Positions 19,805 through 31,661 are shown, counted from the stretch's first letter. The stretch is 64,000 nucleotides of DNA from Candidatus Omnitrophota bacterium (GCA_023819145.1 JAMWCW010000001.1:154474-218473), one strand, 5' to 3'. A program made the numbers and translations. Notes: generated by a model not told the origin, from the sequence alone.

Positions 19805-21055
19805 TTACTTGGTTTTTGTATTTAGTAAGCGTTTTCTTACCATTTCCAAAGCTGCTTGTGATGTTTTCAGTTTTATATCTAACCTGTCTCCGATAAAGCG
19901 AAATTCTTGGACCATCGTTTTATCTTCTGTAGATAGGGCAATATAGACCAAACCCACCGGTTTCTGGTAAGAACCTCCTTTAGGACCCGCGATTCCTGTA
20001 ACTCCTAACCCGATGTCTACTTTTGCTATTTTACGGACATTTTTTGCCATGATTTCTGCTACTTCTTTACTTACCGCGCCATATTTTTCTAAAATTTTCT
20101 CAGGGACTTTAAGTAATTTAATCTTCTCTTGATTGGAATAAGCGACTATTCCTAAAACAAAATACTGCGAACTTCCAGAGATATTTGTAAGACGGTTGGC
20201 AATCAGTCCTCCAGTGCAAGACTCCGCTACCGCCAGAGTTTTTTTATTTTTGGCTAAAAATTTTCCCACCACTTCCTCCAAGGTTTCTTTATCTTTCCCA
20301 AAGACATAATTTGGGAGACGGCTTTTGATAATTTTCTCAATTTTAGCAATCTTTCTTAAAGCCTCTTTCTTGTTTTTTGCTTTGGCAGTAATTTTTAAAT
20401 CTATCTCTGCAGGATGAGCATATATGCCTACGGTTAAAGGAGGTTTTGATTCCAAAAGGTCTTTTATACTTTCCGCAATTTCTGATTCGCAGAGACCAGT
20501 AAGTTTTAAAGTTTTGCTGAAGATAATTTCTTTTGTCTTGGTTTTATCTTTTAAGAAAGGAATAATTTTCTTTTCAAACATCGGTTTTAATTCTAAAGGA
20601 GGGCCAGGTAAAGCAACGATAAATTTCTTATCTTTATCCAATATAAAACCAGGAGCAGTTCCTATGCTATTTTCCAAAATATGAGAGTTTTCAGGAACAT
20701 ATGCTTGACGTTTGTTACTGGGAGGAGTTTTTAACCCGCGCTTTTTGAAATGTGCTTCTATCCTTGAAAGAATTTCTTCATTGAATATAAGTTTACATTT
20801 AAAAGTTTTGGCAATGGTAGCAACAGTAATGTCATCTACTGTAGGACCAAGACCACCGGTGGTAATGATTATCTCCGAACGTCTAAAAGCTTGTTTCAAA
20901 AGAAAAGAGAGTCTTTTGGGATTGTCGCCTACGGTTGATTGATAGTAAACATCTATTCCCAACTGCGCCAGTTTCTCAGCTAAATAGGCAGCGTTGGTAT
21001 TAATAAGTTGACCTAAGAGTAATTCTGTGCCGATAGAGATAATTTCTGCCTTCAT
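19805..21055 (-). CDS. cinA: Competence/damage-inducible protein CinA (with NMN deamidase domain)
   Basis: GTELLLG..INTN, TGGLGPT.DD, AESCTGG, TGIAGP.GG. Confidence 0.95.
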   Translation of the reverse strand: MKAEIISIGTELLLGQLINTNAAYLAEKLAQLGIDVYYQSTVGDNPKRLSFLLKQAFRRSEIIITTGGLGPTVDDITVATIAKTFKCKLIFNEEILSRIEAHFKKRGLKTPPSNKRQAYVPENSHILENSIGTAPGFILDKDKKFIVALPGPPLELKPMFEKKIIPFLKDKTKTKEIIFSKTLKLTGLCESEIAESIKDLLESKPPLTVGIYAHPAEIDLKITAKAKNKKEALRKIAKIEKIIKSRLPNYVFGKDKETLEEVVGKFLAKNKKTLAVAESCTGGLIANRLTNISGSSQYFVLGIVAYSNQEKIKLLKVPEKILEKYGAVSKEVAEIMAKNVRKIAKVDIGLGVTGIAGPKGGSYQKPVGLVYIALSTEDKTMVQEFRFIGDRLDIKLKTSQAALEMVRKRLLNTKTK

Positions 21056-21105
21056 TTAACTCTAAAGTATAGAATAGATTTCAACAAAAAACAACCAGAT
21101 TTTTC

Positions 21106-21134
21106 TTTACAAGATAAAATAGAGGGGATATAAT
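21106..21134 (+). promoter_or_regulatory. Putative sigma70 promoter of recA
   Basis: TTTACA-17nt-TATAAT. Confidence 0.6.
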
Positions 21135-21216
21135 TTAATAAATCAAATTTTATTATTAGTTTAGCAAGAAAATAAGCATAAAACAAATTGTTATTAGATG
21201 AACAAAAGGAGGCAAT

Positions 21217-22245
21217 ATGGCAGAAATAAAAGCTAAAGAAGAAAAAAAAGAGGTAAAGACAGAGAAGGACCGTGCTTTAGATTTAGCCCTTGCGCAGATT
21301 GAGAAACAATTTGGTAAAGGTTCTATTATGCGCTTGGGTCAGGAGACAAAATTAGAAGTTGCTTTTATTCCTACGGGGTCGATAGCTCTTGACTATGCCT
21401 TAGGTATCGGCGGTGTTCCGCGAGGAAGAGTAGTAGAAATTTTTGGTCCTGAATCTTCAGGTAAAACTACACTTGCTTTAAGCATTATTAGTCAGACACA
21501 GCGCACAGGAGGGGTGGCCGCTTTTATCGATGCGGAACATGCTCTCGACCCCACCTACGCAAAAAAAGTGGGGGTAAATCTGGATGATTTGTTGATTTCT
21601 CAGCCCGATACAGGAGAGCAGGCTTTAGAGATTGCCGAAACTTTGGTGCGTTCCAATGCGGTAGATGTTATTGTGATTGATTCGGTAGCAGCACTGGTTC
21701 CCCGCGCGGAGATCGAAGGCGAAATGGGGGACCAACTTGTTGGCCTACAGGCAAGACTTATGTCCCAGGCAATGCGTAAGCTTACTGCTGCCATTAGCAA
21801 GTCCAAGACGTGTGTTATTTTTATTAACCAAATAAGAGAAAAGATTGGGATTATGTTTGGTAATCCTGAGACTACTCCGGGAGGAAGGGCTTTGAAATTT
21901 TATGCTTCCGTGAGAATAGATTTGAGGAGACAAGAAACTATAAAATCAGGTGATAATATTTTGGGGAGTAGGGTTAAGGCAAAGGTGGTGAAGAATAAAG
22001 TTGCTCCTCCTTTTCATGAGGCAAGTTTTGATATCTACTATGAAGAGGGAATCTCTAAAGAGAGTGGAATTATTGATTTAGGTACAGAACTTGGGATAAT
22101 TGAAAAATCAGGTGCTTGGCTGGTGTATGGAGATAAGAAATTAGGTCAAGGTAAGGATAATGCGCGGATTTTTTTGAAAGAAAATGCCAAAGTTTCCCAA
22201 GAAATTGAGACAAAGATAAGAGAGCGGATAGAAGCTACTTCTTGA
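21217..22245 (+). CDS. recA: Recombinase A
   Basis: [40 protein letters not shown]. Confidence 0.99.
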   Translation: MAEIKAKEEKKEVKTEKDRALDLALAQIEKQFGKGSIMRLGQETKLEVAFIPTGSIALDYALGIGGVPRGRVVEIFGPESSGKTTLALSIISQTQRTGGVAAFIDAEHALDPTYAKKVGVNLDDLLISQPDTGEQALEIAETLVRSNAVDVIVIDSVAALVPRAEIEGEMGDQLVGLQARLMSQAMRKLTAAISKSKTCVIFINQIREKIGIMFGNPETTPGGRALKFYASVRIDLRRQETIKSGDNILGSRVKAKVVKNKVAPPFHEASFDIYYEEGISKESGIIDLGTELGIIEKSGAWLVYGDKKLGQGKDNARIFLKENAKVSQEIETKIRERIEATS

Positions 22246-22423
22246 TAAAATCAGCCACTGGGCAACAAGTCTAATTAAATTAATTTTGTAGGTCGTAATC
22301 TAGTAGTCAATGACCCAAAAATTAAGAATAAATTTTATGTTTTGTAATTTGCATTTTGTTTTTTGGAGGTATTCAAGATTCAGGATTGTTTGTCTATAAC
22401 TTGGATTGAAAGGAGGGTGGAGG

Positions 22424-23905
22424 ATGAAGGTAAATTTAAATAAAAAGACTTTTGCCGGAATTTTAATGATGGGATTGATTGTAGGATTAATTAGTGGGGT
22501 TATTATTACCGCGAGATTCAATTTTACGCCACAGAGCCAAGCTCTTTCTCAGGGAGAGACAGGTGATATTCTAAACGCTTTAGAGAGTGCTTTCATCAAA
22601 GTTGCCGAAGAGGTAGGACCTGCGGTAGTAAGTATTAGCACAGAAACTACCGAGGTGATGAAAGGAGGAGATTTCTTTTTTGGACCTTTTGGAAATGATT
22701 TCTTTGATGATTTCTTTAAGGAGTTTTTCGGAGAGGTTCCACGGAGAAAATTCAAGCGTATGGGAATTGGGTCGGGAGTAATTGTGCATAAAGACGGTTA
22801 TATTCTTACCAATCAGCATGTGATTGAAGGGGCGCAAAAGATTATGGTTACTTTGCCTGATGGTAGAGAATTTAAAGGCGAAGTTAAGGGAGTGGATGCA
22901 CGAGGAGACCTGGCGGTGATTAAGATTAGTGCCCATAATCTTCCGGTGGCAAAATTAGGAAATTCTGATGGAGTTAAAATTGGACAGTGGTCAATTGCTA
23001 TTGGTAATCCTTTTGGATTTGCAATTAATAATCCTAAACCGACTGTAACTATAGGAGTGGTTAGTGCTTTAAATCGTTCCCTACCGCGCACCAGTCGGCG
23101 TGACCGTCTCTATACAGGGTTGATCCAGACCGATGCTGCCATTAATCCAGGCAATAGCGGAGGCCCTCTAGTTAACATCAAAGGAGAGGTAATTGGTATC
23201 AATGTCGCTATATTTTCTACCAGTGGTGGATTTCAAGGGGTGGGGTTTGCTATTCCTATAAATACTGCCAAAGCGGTCTTACAGAATTTAATTGAAGGTA
23301 AAAAAATCTCTTATGGTTGGTTAGGAGTGAACATTCAAGATATCGACGAAAAGATTATGGATTATATGGAATTGACAGATAGAGAAGGAGTGATTATTGC
23401 CGAGGTTTTACCTGAAACTCCTGCAGAAAAAGCAGGTTTAAAGGAAGGAGATATTATAAAAACTTATGAAGGGGAAAAGATTAAGGATACCAATGATTTG
23501 TTGGTCAAGGTGGGATATACTCCTATAGGCAAGAAAATAAAATTGGGTATAATCCGAGATAAAAAAGAAATAAATATCGAAGTAGTGGTGGGAGAAAGAC
23601 CGGAAGAATTTGAAACTGCAAAAGGTAAGGCTTCTGCTGGGAGTTGGAGGGGGATGGAAGTGGAGACTTTAACTTCTGAGGAAGCAAAGCGGAGGAATTT
23701 GGGAATATCACGGGGAGTGATTATTGTTAAAGTTGAAGAAGATAGCCCTGCAGAAGAAGCAGGTCTTAGTGAAGGTGACGTAATTTTATCCATTAACAAT
23801 ATCCCCATCAAAAATGTGGAGGATTATCAGAAAGTGATCGATTCTGTCAAGGGAGATTGTTTGGTTCGGACGCAAAGAGGATTTGTGGTTTTGAAGGAGA
23901 AATAG
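22424..23905 (+). CDS. degP: DegP/HtrA (Do-family) serine protease with two PDZ domains
   Basis: GSGVI, TNQHV, IQTDAAINPGNSGGPL; RBS before the ATG at 22424. Confidence 0.93.
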   Translation: MKVNLNKKTFAGILMMGLIVGLISGVIITARFNFTPQSQALSQGETGDILNALESAFIKVAEEVGPAVVSISTETTEVMKGGDFFFGPFGNDFFDDFFKEFFGEVPRRKFKRMGIGSGVIVHKDGYILTNQHVIEGAQKIMVTLPDGREFKGEVKGVDARGDLAVIKISAHNLPVAKLGNSDGVKIGQWSIAIGNPFGFAINNPKPTVTIGVVSALNRSLPRTSRRDRLYTGLIQTDAAINPGNSGGPLVNIKGEVIGINVAIFSTSGGFQGVGFAIPINTAKAVLQNLIEGKKISYGWLGVNIQDIDEKIMDYMELTDREGVIIAEVLPETPAEKAGLKEGDIIKTYEGEKIKDTNDLLVKVGYTPIGKKIKLGIIRDKKEINIEVVVGERPEEFETAKGKASAGSWRGMEVETLTSEEAKRRNLGISRGVIIVKVEEDSPAEEAGLSEGDVILSINNIPIKNVEDYQKVIDSVKGDCLVRTQRGFVVLKEK

Positions 23906-23914
23906 CTTTATTTA

Positions 23915-24373
23915 ATGGAACAAGACAAAGCAAGAAGTTATGCGCTCCGTTTGCTTAAATATCGTCCACGCACAAGGAAAGAGATTTTAGAAAGGCTTAG
24001 GAAGAAGAATTTTTCTTCGGAATCGATAGAAAAGACAATTCAGGATTTAACAGATTTGGGTTTAATTGACGATAGAGCGTTTGTAAAGTTTTGGATTAAC
24101 TGGAGAAAAGAAGTTAATCCGCGCAGTAAGAACTTTGTTTTGTGGGAGCTTCGTCAAAAAGGTATCTCGCCAGATTTGATTGAAGAAGAGATAAAGGCGA
24201 TAAGTTCAGAAGTAGACTTTCTACAGGCAAAAGAACTGGCAAAAAGGCGGTTTGAAAAATTTAAATATCTCACACCTGATAAAGCCAAACGTCGTATATA
24301 CGGGTATCTTCAAAGAAGGGGTTTCGCTCAAGAGGTGATTTTTGAGGTAATAAAGACGATATTCAAAAGTTAA
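23915..24373 (+). CDS. recX: Regulatory protein RecX
   Basis: ALRLLKYRPRT..E, LIDDRAF, ELRQKGI, YLQRRGF. Confidence 0.92.
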   Translation: MEQDKARSYALRLLKYRPRTRKEILERLRKKNFSSESIEKTIQDLTDLGLIDDRAFVKFWINWRKEVNPRSKNFVLWELRQKGISPDLIEEEIKAISSEVDFLQAKELAKRRFEKFKYLTPDKAKRRIYGYLQRRGFAQEVIFEVIKTIFKS

Positions 24374-24394
24374 GAGGATTTTCCCTCTTAATTT
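24370..24394 (+). terminator. Possible weak hairpin terminator after recX
   Basis: TTAAGAGG-attttc-CCTCTTAA followed by TTT. Confidence 0.3.
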
Positions 24395-24460
24395 GCTATC
24401 GTATTTTTCGTAAAGTAAACCAAGCACATATACAAGTATAGCCGGTTAAGCAAATATTTT

Positions 24461-27112
24461 ATGCAGACAGATGAGATTCGGAAAAAATTTCTGGATTTTT
24501 TTTCCTCTAAGGAACACCGAATATTTCCTTCTTCTTCATTAGTTCCCCAAGACGACCCTACAGTTTTATTTACCACCGCAGGTATGAACCAGTTTAAAGA
24601 GCAGTTTTTGGGAAAGATTACTGATTTCCGCAGAGCGGCAAGCTGTCAGAAGTGCTTAAGGACAGATGATTTGGATAAGGTAGGTAAAACTCCCAGTCAT
24701 CATACTTTTTTCGAAATGTTGGGCAATTTTTCTTTTGGTGATTATTTTAAAGAAGAAGCAATTACCTGGGCTTGGGAATTTGTTACGCAGGTTCTCAAAA
24801 TCTCTGTGGCCAAACTTTGGGTTTCCGTCTATCTTGATGATAACATCGCGTATGAAGTCTGGGAGAAAAAAATAAAGATAGACAGAAATCGGATAATAAG
24901 GCTGGGACAAGAGGAAAATTTTTGGCCTTCTAATGTTGTTATTGAAGGTCCCAATGGTCCCTGCGGTCCTTGTTCTGAGATTTTCTTTGACCAAGGAGAA
25001 AAAACCGGCTGTGGTAGAAAGGACTGCAATCCCTCTTGTAATTGTGGTCGGTTTGTAGAGGTTTGGAATTTAGTCTTTACCCAATACAATCGCCTTGAGG
25101 ATGAAAGTGGCAGAGGATATCTTAAACCCCTTCCCCAACAAAACATTGATACGGGAATGGGACTGGAGAGAATTTCCGCGGTTATGCAAGGAGTATTAAC
25201 TAACTTTGAAATAGATATTCTTAAGCCGATAGTAAAAGAAATTAAAGCCGAAATTCGGAATCCAGTATCCGGAAACCTAAGTTCAATTTATGCTATTGCT
25301 GACCATACTCGGGCAGTAGTTTTTGCCATTGGCGATGGAGTTTTACCTTCTAATGAAGAAAGGGGTTATGTGGTAAGGAAGTTAATTCGTCGTGCATTTT
25401 GGTATGGATATTGTTTAGGCATAAAGAAGGAATTTCTTTATAGGATTGTTCCTATAGTTACCAAGGCAATGTCTGTGCCCTATCCTGAACTGGAGGAACG
25501 AAGAGAAAATATTTCTCAGATTATTCTTGCAGAGGAGAAGCGTTTTCAGAACACCCTGGAAGAGGGATTAAATATTTTAGATGGCTTAATGGGTGAGGTT
25601 AAGAAAAAAAATGACAAGGTAATAAGAGGAGAAGATGCTTTCAAATTGTATGATACTTATGGTTTTCCTCTTGAACTTACCCAGTTGATTGCCAAAAGAG
25701 AAGGTTTAGAAGTAGAGAGAGAAAAATTTAATCTGCTTATGGAAGAACAAAGAAAGCGTTCCCAAGAAAAGAGTAAAATCAGGAAAGAAATTTTTATTTC
25801 TGAAGTTGCCGATGGTTCCAGAATTGAGAGGATTAATCCCACGGTATTTGTGGGTTATGATAATTTTGTTATTTTTACAAAAGTTTTAGGTATTTTTAGC
25901 AAAGAAGAGTTTATCGAAGAAGCAAATTCCGGAGAAGAGGTAGAGATAATTTTGGAAGAAACTCCTTTCTACCCAGAAGGCGGGGGGCAGGTTGGAGATA
26001 CGGGATTAATAGAAACAGAAAGTGTTAAGGTAGAGATTGAGAATACACTGCGCAAGGGAGACCATATTTTGCATCACGGAAAGGTGATTTCGGGTAAGAT
26101 AAGCTTAAATGATAAGGTTAATGCTAAAATAGATAAGGAGAGAAGGTTGGATATTACGCGTAATCATACCGCAACTCACCTTTTGCAATTTGTTCTACGG
26201 GAGGTTTTAGGAGGGCATATTCAACAGTCAGGTTCTCTTGTAGAATCCGAACGTCTCCGTTTTGACTTTTCCCATTTTAAAGCTATAAGCGAAGAGCAAC
26301 TTGGACGGATAGAAAGTAGGGTTAATGAACTTATCAGAAATAATAATAAACTGGAGTTTGAATTTAAAAATATTGAAGAGGCAAAAAGGAGTGGGGCTTT
26401 GGCTTTCTTCGGAGAAAAATATAAGGAGGAAGTAAGGGTAGTAAAAATCGGTGATTATAGTAAGGAATTATGCGGGGGGACGCATGTGAATTACACTGGA
26501 GAAATTGGTTTATTTGTCATTATCAGTGAATCTTCAATTGCTCAAGGTGTAAGAAGGATAGAAGCCTTAACGGGAAGAGTGGCGTATAATAGAATAAGCC
26601 AGATGTTTGCGCATATAAAGGGAATCTCCTCACGTTATAAAATTAGCGCAGAAGAGGTTTCTAATTATATTGATAATTTACGGGAAAAGTTAACCTCTTT
26701 GGAGAAGGAGACGCAAGAATTAAAACTAAAGATTTTTGAAAAAATAGATTTAGGAAAATTGATGGAAGAAGCAAAGGAGTTGGGATGGGTAAAGATAATA
26801 TTTAAGAGAGTTGATGAACCTGTAGAGATATTGAGGAAATATATAGATATTTTGAAAGAAAAGGCTAAAGAGGATCTCTGTATAATATTTTCCTCTTTGT
26901 ATGAAGGCAAAGCAACAGTGCTAGTTGGGCTGACGAAAGAAATTACAGGGGTTCTTGAAGCAGGGAAGATAGCCCAGAGGATTTCTTCATTAATTGGTGG
27001 TTCGGGTGGAGGAAGGAATGATTTAGCTCAGGCAGGGACAAAGGATGTGGATAAAATTAATTTTATTAATATTGACACTGTTTCTGAGTTGATAAAGGAG
27101 TTTAAAAAATGA
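24461..27112 (+). CDS. alaS: Alanine--tRNA ligase
   Basis: FTTAGMNQFK, HHTFFEMLGNFSFGDYF, DTGMGLER, HTATH, ELCGGTH, GSGGG. Confidence 0.98.
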   Translation: MQTDEIRKKFLDFFSSKEHRIFPSSSLVPQDDPTVLFTTAGMNQFKEQFLGKITDFRRAASCQKCLRTDDLDKVGKTPSHHTFFEMLGNFSFGDYFKEEAITWAWEFVTQVLKISVAKLWVSVYLDDNIAYEVWEKKIKIDRNRIIRLGQEENFWPSNVVIEGPNGPCGPCSEIFFDQGEKTGCGRKDCNPSCNCGRFVEVWNLVFTQYNRLEDESGRGYLKPLPQQNIDTGMGLERISAVMQGVLTNFEIDILKPIVKEIKAEIRNPVSGNLSSIYAIADHTRAVVFAIGDGVLPSNEERGYVVRKLIRRAFWYGYCLGIKKEFLYRIVPIVTKAMSVPYPELEERRENISQIILAEEKRFQNTLEEGLNILDGLMGEVKKKNDKVIRGEDAFKLYDTYGFPLELTQLIAKREGLEVEREKFNLLMEEQRKRSQEKSKIRKEIFISEVADGSRIERINPTVFVGYDNFVIFTKVLGIFSKEEFIEEANSGEEVEIILEETPFYPEGGGQVGDTGLIETESVKVEIENTLRKGDHILHHGKVISGKISLNDKVNAKIDKERRLDITRNHTATHLLQFVLREVLGGHIQQSGSLVESERLRFDFSHFKAISEEQLGRIESRVNELIRNNNKLEFEFKNIEEAKRSGALAFFGEKYKEEVRVVKIGDYSKELCGGTHVNYTGEIGLFVIISESSIAQGVRRIEALTGRVAYNRISQMFAHIKGISSRYKISAEEVSNYIDNLREKLTSLEKETQELKLKIFEKIDLGKLMEEAKELGWVKIIFKRVDEPVEILRKYIDILKEKAKEDLCIIFSSLYEGKATVLVGLTKEITGVLEAGKIAQRISSLIGGSGGGRNDLAQAGTKDVDKINFINIDTVSELIKEFKK

Positions 27113-28326
27113 GGCTTTTGAAACTTTATAGTAAAGAGCTGGAGAAATTAATCAACCGTATTTGTCTTCGCAAAAAACGGGTGGAGAAGACAGTAACAAA
27201 GATTATTGACAATGTGCGCAACAATGGAGACGAGGCGGTTCTGAAATATACCTATAAGTTCGACAGAGTAAAATTAAACTCTCGGCAGATGCGCGTTACT
27301 GAGGCAGAGATAAGCGGAGCGTTTCAGAATATCCAGCCAGAATTTGTAACTAATCTTAAAGCCATCATTGATAACGTAGAGAGATTTTATAAGAAAAGAA
27401 TAAAGAAATCCTGGCGCATGCGCAGTGATGAAGGAGTAATTTTAGGAGAGGAAGTCTTTCCGCTTAAGAGAGTAGGGATATACATCCCGGCAGGAACCGC
27501 GCCTCTGATTTCTACTATTTATATGACGGTTATTCCCGCAAGAATTGCCGGAGTGGAGGAGATTGTTTTGGTTACTCCTCCTGGCAAAGATGGTTTTGTA
27601 AACCCTTATATTTTAGTGGTTGCCAGTCTTCTTAAGGTTAAAGAAATTTATAAGATGGGAGGAGCTCAAGCAATTGCCGCTCTTGCTTTAGGAACAAAAA
27701 CCATAAAAAAGGTGGATAAAATTGTTGGACCAGGTAATGTTTATGTTACGGAAGCAAAACGTCAGGTTTTTGGATATGTGGACATCGATATGCTTGCAGG
27801 TCCTTCGGAAGTGGTGATTATTGCAAATAGATTTAGCAATCCGGCTTTCGTCGTTGCGGATTTGAAGGCACAAGCAGAACACGTTGGGGGAACATCTTTC
27901 TTAATTACTACTTCTAAAAGTCTGGCGAAGTTGGTAAAAAAAGAAGTAGATACAGGTTATCTTATTCTGGTCAATAATTTAGATGAAGCGATAGAGTTAG
28001 CCAACCGCATTGCTCCGGAGCATCTTGAGATTCTTGTAGAGAATCCTCGGCGGATAATCAAGAAGATACGCAATGCGGGATGTGTTTTTGTTGGTCCTTA
28101 TAGCCCGGTGGCGGTAGGAGATTATGTAGCAGGACCGAGTCACGTATTGCCCACCGGAGGAAGTGCAAGATTCTTTTCTGCTTTGGGGGTTGAAGATTTT
28201 ATGAAGACAACTCACTTGATCATATATTCCAAAAAAGCTCTCGAGAAGGAAAAAGGCCTTATCGAAACAATTGCCAAGATTGAGAGGATGGAGAAGCATA
28301 TTAATTCAATAAATGTGAGATTCTAA
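27109..28326 (+). CDS. hisD: Histidinol dehydrogenase
   Basis: GGAQAIAALA, KIVGPGN.YV, AGPSE, QAEH, APEHLE, GPSHVLPTGG. Confidence 0.96.
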   Translation: MRLLKLYSKELEKLINRICLRKKRVEKTVTKIIDNVRNNGDEAVLKYTYKFDRVKLNSRQMRVTEAEISGAFQNIQPEFVTNLKAIIDNVERFYKKRIKKSWRMRSDEGVILGEEVFPLKRVGIYIPAGTAPLISTIYMTVIPARIAGVEEIVLVTPPGKDGFVNPYILVVASLLKVKEIYKMGGAQAIAALALGTKTIKKVDKIVGPGNVYVTEAKRQVFGYVDIDMLAGPSEVVIIANRFSNPAFVVADLKAQAEHVGGTSFLITTSKSLAKLVKKEVDTGYLILVNNLDEAIELANRIAPEHLEILVENPRRIIKKIRNAGCVFVGPYSPVAVGDYVAGPSHVLPTGGSARFFSALGVEDFMKTTHLIIYSKKALEKEKGLIETIAKIERMEKHINSINVRF

Positions 28327-28402
28327 AATAAGTATAAATCTCTTTCCAAAAGGGCTATTTGGTTATAAATTTTGAATAAATTTGAATAAAAAGGAGAGAA
28401 TA

Positions 28403-29002
28403 ATGGAAAAGCGTAAAGCTTCATTACGAAGAAAGACAAAAGAGACAAACATTTCTATTCGTTTAAACATAGATGGAACGGGTAGATACCAAATAGATAC
28501 AGGTATTGGTTTTCTAAACCATATGTTAGAATTATTTTCTTTTCATGGATTTTTTGATTTAGATATTAAGGCAAAAGGAGATTTGGATGTGGATATTCAT
28601 CATACCAACGAAGATATTGGTATAGCTTTAGCCGAGGCATTTAATAAAGCTTTGGGTGATAAGAAAGGTATAAGAAGATTTGGTTCTTCTTTTATTCCCA
28701 TGGATGAAACACTTGTGCAGGTTGTTTTGGATATTTCCGGAAGGCCGAATCTGATAATTGCTGGAGTCCCAGAGCAACAGCGTGATAAACAGAAAAAAGG
28801 CTACAATTTAAATGATGCTAAACAGTTTCTCAAGGCATTTGTTAATACTTTAGGCATTAACCTCCATATTCAGATTCTTTATGGCGAGGATACCCACCAT
28901 ATTATTGAGGCGATATTTAAAGGGTTGGCTAAGGCATTAGATGAGGCTTCACAAATAGAGGAACGTAAGCGAATAATTCCTTCCACTAAGGGGAAAATAT
29001 AA
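28403..29002 (+). CDS. hisB: Imidazoleglycerol-phosphate dehydratase
   Basis: RKTKETNI, HHTNED, PMDE, HHIIEAIFK, PSTKG; ATG after AAGGAG. Confidence 0.97.
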   Translation: MEKRKASLRRKTKETNISIRLNIDGTGRYQIDTGIGFLNHMLELFSFHGFFDLDIKAKGDLDVDIHHTNEDIGIALAEAFNKALGDKKGIRRFGSSFIPMDETLVQVVLDISGRPNLIIAGVPEQQRDKQKKGYNLNDAKQFLKAFVNTLGINLHIQILYGEDTHHIIEAIFKGLAKALDEASQIEERKRIIPSTKGKI

Positions 29003-29005
29003 AAG

Positions 29006-29728
29006 GTGTTAGTAATTCCTGCAATAGACATTAAAGAAAGTAAGGTAGTTCGTTTAGAAAAAGGAGAATTTGATAAAGTATCTCTTTATTCTGATAATCC
29101 TCTGGAGGTGGCGCTTTTTTGGGAAAGAGAGGGTGCAGAGATACTTCACATTGTAGACCTGGAGGGAGCATTATTAGGGATTCCTCGAAACTTAGATTTA
29201 ATTAAGGAAATAGTCAAGAATTTAAAGATTCCTGTACAGGTGGGAGGAGGCATTAGAAGAAAAGAAGATATTGTCCAACTTTTGGAGGCAGGAGTAAAAA
29301 GAATCGTGATGGGAACAAGGGCTTGCGAAGATATTGATTGGCTAAAAACGGTAATAGAAGATTGCCCGGCTAAAATTATCGTTAGTTTAGATATTAAGGA
29401 TGGTTTTTTAGCTACTGAGGGATGGACAAAAAAAACCGTAATTAAACCTGAGGATTTTGTTAGAGATTTAACTAATTTAGGAATGGACACTTTTATTCTT
29501 ACCGATATTAAAAGAGATGGAACATTAAAGGGGATAAGAATTGATTATATTTCTGAATTCTTATCAAGGACAAATATAAAGGTTATTGTTGCCGGAGGAG
29601 TGGGAAGTCTCGAAGACCTCCAGGCACTTAGAGCGATTTCCGATAAGGGGGTAATAGGTGTAATTATCGGAAAGGCACTCTACGAGAAAAAATTTACTTT
29701 TAAGGAGGCGAGGAAAATTGCAGAATAA
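29006..29728 (+). CDS. hisA: ProFAR isomerase
   Basis: [37 protein letters not shown]. Confidence 0.96.
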   Translation: MLVIPAIDIKESKVVRLEKGEFDKVSLYSDNPLEVALFWEREGAEILHIVDLEGALLGIPRNLDLIKEIVKNLKIPVQVGGGIRRKEDIVQLLEAGVKRIVMGTRACEDIDWLKTVIEDCPAKIIVSLDIKDGFLATEGWTKKTVIKPEDFVRDLTNLGMDTFILTDIKRDGTLKGIRIDYISEFLSRTNIKVIVAGGVGSLEDLQALRAISDKGVIGVIIGKALYEKKFTFKEARKIAE

Positions 29729-30104
29729 GTTACGGATTATACAGGTAAAAAAAGGATTAAAATCGTTTCTCAAAGAATTGAAATTTGATGAAAAAGGGCT
29801 TATACCCGCAGTTATTCAAGATTTTAAAACAGGCGAAGTGCTGATGGTGGCTTATATGAACAGGTCTTCTTTGAGCAAAACAATTGAAGCCGGAAAAACT
29901 CATTTTTGGAGTCGCTCAAGGAATAAACTTTGGTTGAAGGGAGAAACTTCGGGGAATTTTCAGATAGTTAAAAAGATATTCTATGATTGTGACGGTGATT
30001 GTTTATTGTTTAAAATAAAACAGGTGGGAGGGGTTGCTTGCCATACGGGAAACCGTTCCTGCTTCTTCAGAGAATTTAAGCCTAAAGTTAAAGAGCAGAA
30101 ATAA
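29718..30104 (+). CDS. hisI: Phosphoribosyl-AMP cyclohydrolase
   Basis: [36 protein letters not shown]. Confidence 0.96.
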   Translation: MQNKLRIIQVKKGLKSFLKELKFDEKGLIPAVIQDFKTGEVLMVAYMNRSSLSKTIEAGKTHFWSRSRNKLWLKGETSGNFQIVKKIFYDCDGDCLLFKIKQVGGVACHTGNRSCFFREFKPKVKEQK

Positions 30105-30156
30105 AAACTTCTAATTAGGGATTACCAATTTCAAATTACGGATAAGAGAATATTCC

Positions 30157-31635
30157 ATGGTTTACCCAACTAAAAAAGATTTTATCAAATTATCCAAAAA
30201 AGGTAATCTCATTCCCGTATACTGTGAGTTATTGGCTGATTTAGAGACACCTGTTTCTGCTTTTATGAAAATTGATACTGAAGATTATTCTTTTTTATTA
30301 GAATCTGTGGAGGGACAAGAGAATATTGCCCGTTACTCTTTTTTAGCAAGTGGAGCATCTTTGATTTTCAGCGCCAAGGGTAAAGAGGTAGAAATTATTG
30401 AGAAAGGCAGAAAGGTAAAATCCTTAACGGAAGACCCTTTAGAGAATATTAAGAAGGTGCTGAAGAAGTTTCAATTCGTTGTTCTTGAAGACCTTCCGCG
30501 TTTCTCCGGAGGTTTGGTAGGGTATATTGGATACAATACGGTAAGATTTTTTGAGGATATACCACTCCAGAATAAAGATGACCTTGGCCTTCCCGATTGT
30601 TTATTCATGCTTGCGGATAGTCTGATTATTTTCGACCATCTCAAGCATAGAATTAAAGTAGTAGTCAATGCTTATATCGAGGATAATAAATATAGTGGGG
30701 CTATCTATGATAAGACTGTAACAAAAGTAGAAGCGCTGGTTAAAAAACTGAAAAGTTCGTTCAAGCCTTTAAGTCATCATTGCCGAAAAAATTCGTTGCT
30801 CAAGGTTCGTTCAAATTTTACCAAGAAAGATTTTATACAGGCGGTAAATAAGGCAAAGGAATATATAAAAAAAGGAGAGATTATTCAGGTGGTTCTTTCT
30901 CAGCGTTTGATTACCAAAATTAATACAAAAAGTTTTGATGTTTATAGGGCATTGCGTTCAATAAACCCCTCTCCCTATATGTATTATCTTAAATTTAAGA
31001 ATTTCTCCCTTGTAGGAGCCTCTCCGGAAGTATTTGTGCGTTGTGAGGAGGGAAATGTAGAATTGCGTCCGATAGCCGGGACCAGGGTAAGGGGAGGAAA
31101 TCTTGAAGAAGATAAGTTATTGGAAGAGGAACTTTTAAAAAGCAAAAAAGAATGTGCGGAACACATTATGCTTGTAGATTTAGGAAGAAACGATTTGGGT
31201 AGAGTTTGTGAATTTGGAACTGTAAAGGTAACTGAACTTATGGTAATTGAGCGCTATTCCCATGTGATGCATATTGTTTCTAATATCGTGGGAAAATTAA
31301 AAAAAGATAGAGATATCTTTGATTTAATAAGAGCAACTTTTCCTGCAGGCACCGTGACTGGCGCTCCTAAGATTAGAGCGATGGAAATCATTGCTGAATT
31401 GGAAGAAATTGCTCGTGGTCCTTATGCAGGTTGTGTTGGGTATTTCAGTTTTTCCGGGAATTTAGATTCCTGTATTACCATTCGGACGATTATTATTAAA
31501 GATGGTCAAGCCTACATTCAAGCAGGCGCGGGTATTGTGGCAGATTCCGAACCAGATTCGGAGTATCAGGAGACAGTAAATAAAGCAAAAGCGATGCTGA
31601 GAGCAATAGAACTGGCAGAACAAGGGATGATTTAG
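30157..31635 (+). CDS. trpE: Anthranilate synthase component I
   Basis: [44 protein letters not shown]. Confidence 0.95.
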   Translation: MVYPTKKDFIKLSKKGNLIPVYCELLADLETPVSAFMKIDTEDYSFLLESVEGQENIARYSFLASGASLIFSAKGKEVEIIEKGRKVKSLTEDPLENIKKVLKKFQFVVLEDLPRFSGGLVGYIGYNTVRFFEDIPLQNKDDLGLPDCLFMLADSLIIFDHLKHRIKVVVNAYIEDNKYSGAIYDKTVTKVEALVKKLKSSFKPLSHHCRKNSLLKVRSNFTKKDFIQAVNKAKEYIKKGEIIQVVLSQRLITKINTKSFDVYRALRSINPSPYMYYLKFKNFSLVGASPEVFVRCEEGNVELRPIAGTRVRGGNLEEDKLLEEELLKSKKECAEHIMLVDLGRNDLGRVCEFGTVKVTELMVIERYSHVMHIVSNIVGKLKKDRDIFDLIRATFPAGTVTGAPKIRAMEIIAELEEIARGPYAGCVGYFSFSGNLDSCITIRTIIIKDGQAYIQAGAGIVADSEPDSEYQETVNKAKAMLRAIELAEQGMI

Positions 31636-31661
31636 ACCTAAGAAATAAAGGGGATAAGAAG

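Noticed and set aside
30105-30156. trp attenuator or T-box before trpE
   Set aside because: Only 52 nt, with no Trp-codon leader peptide, terminator or T-box motif.
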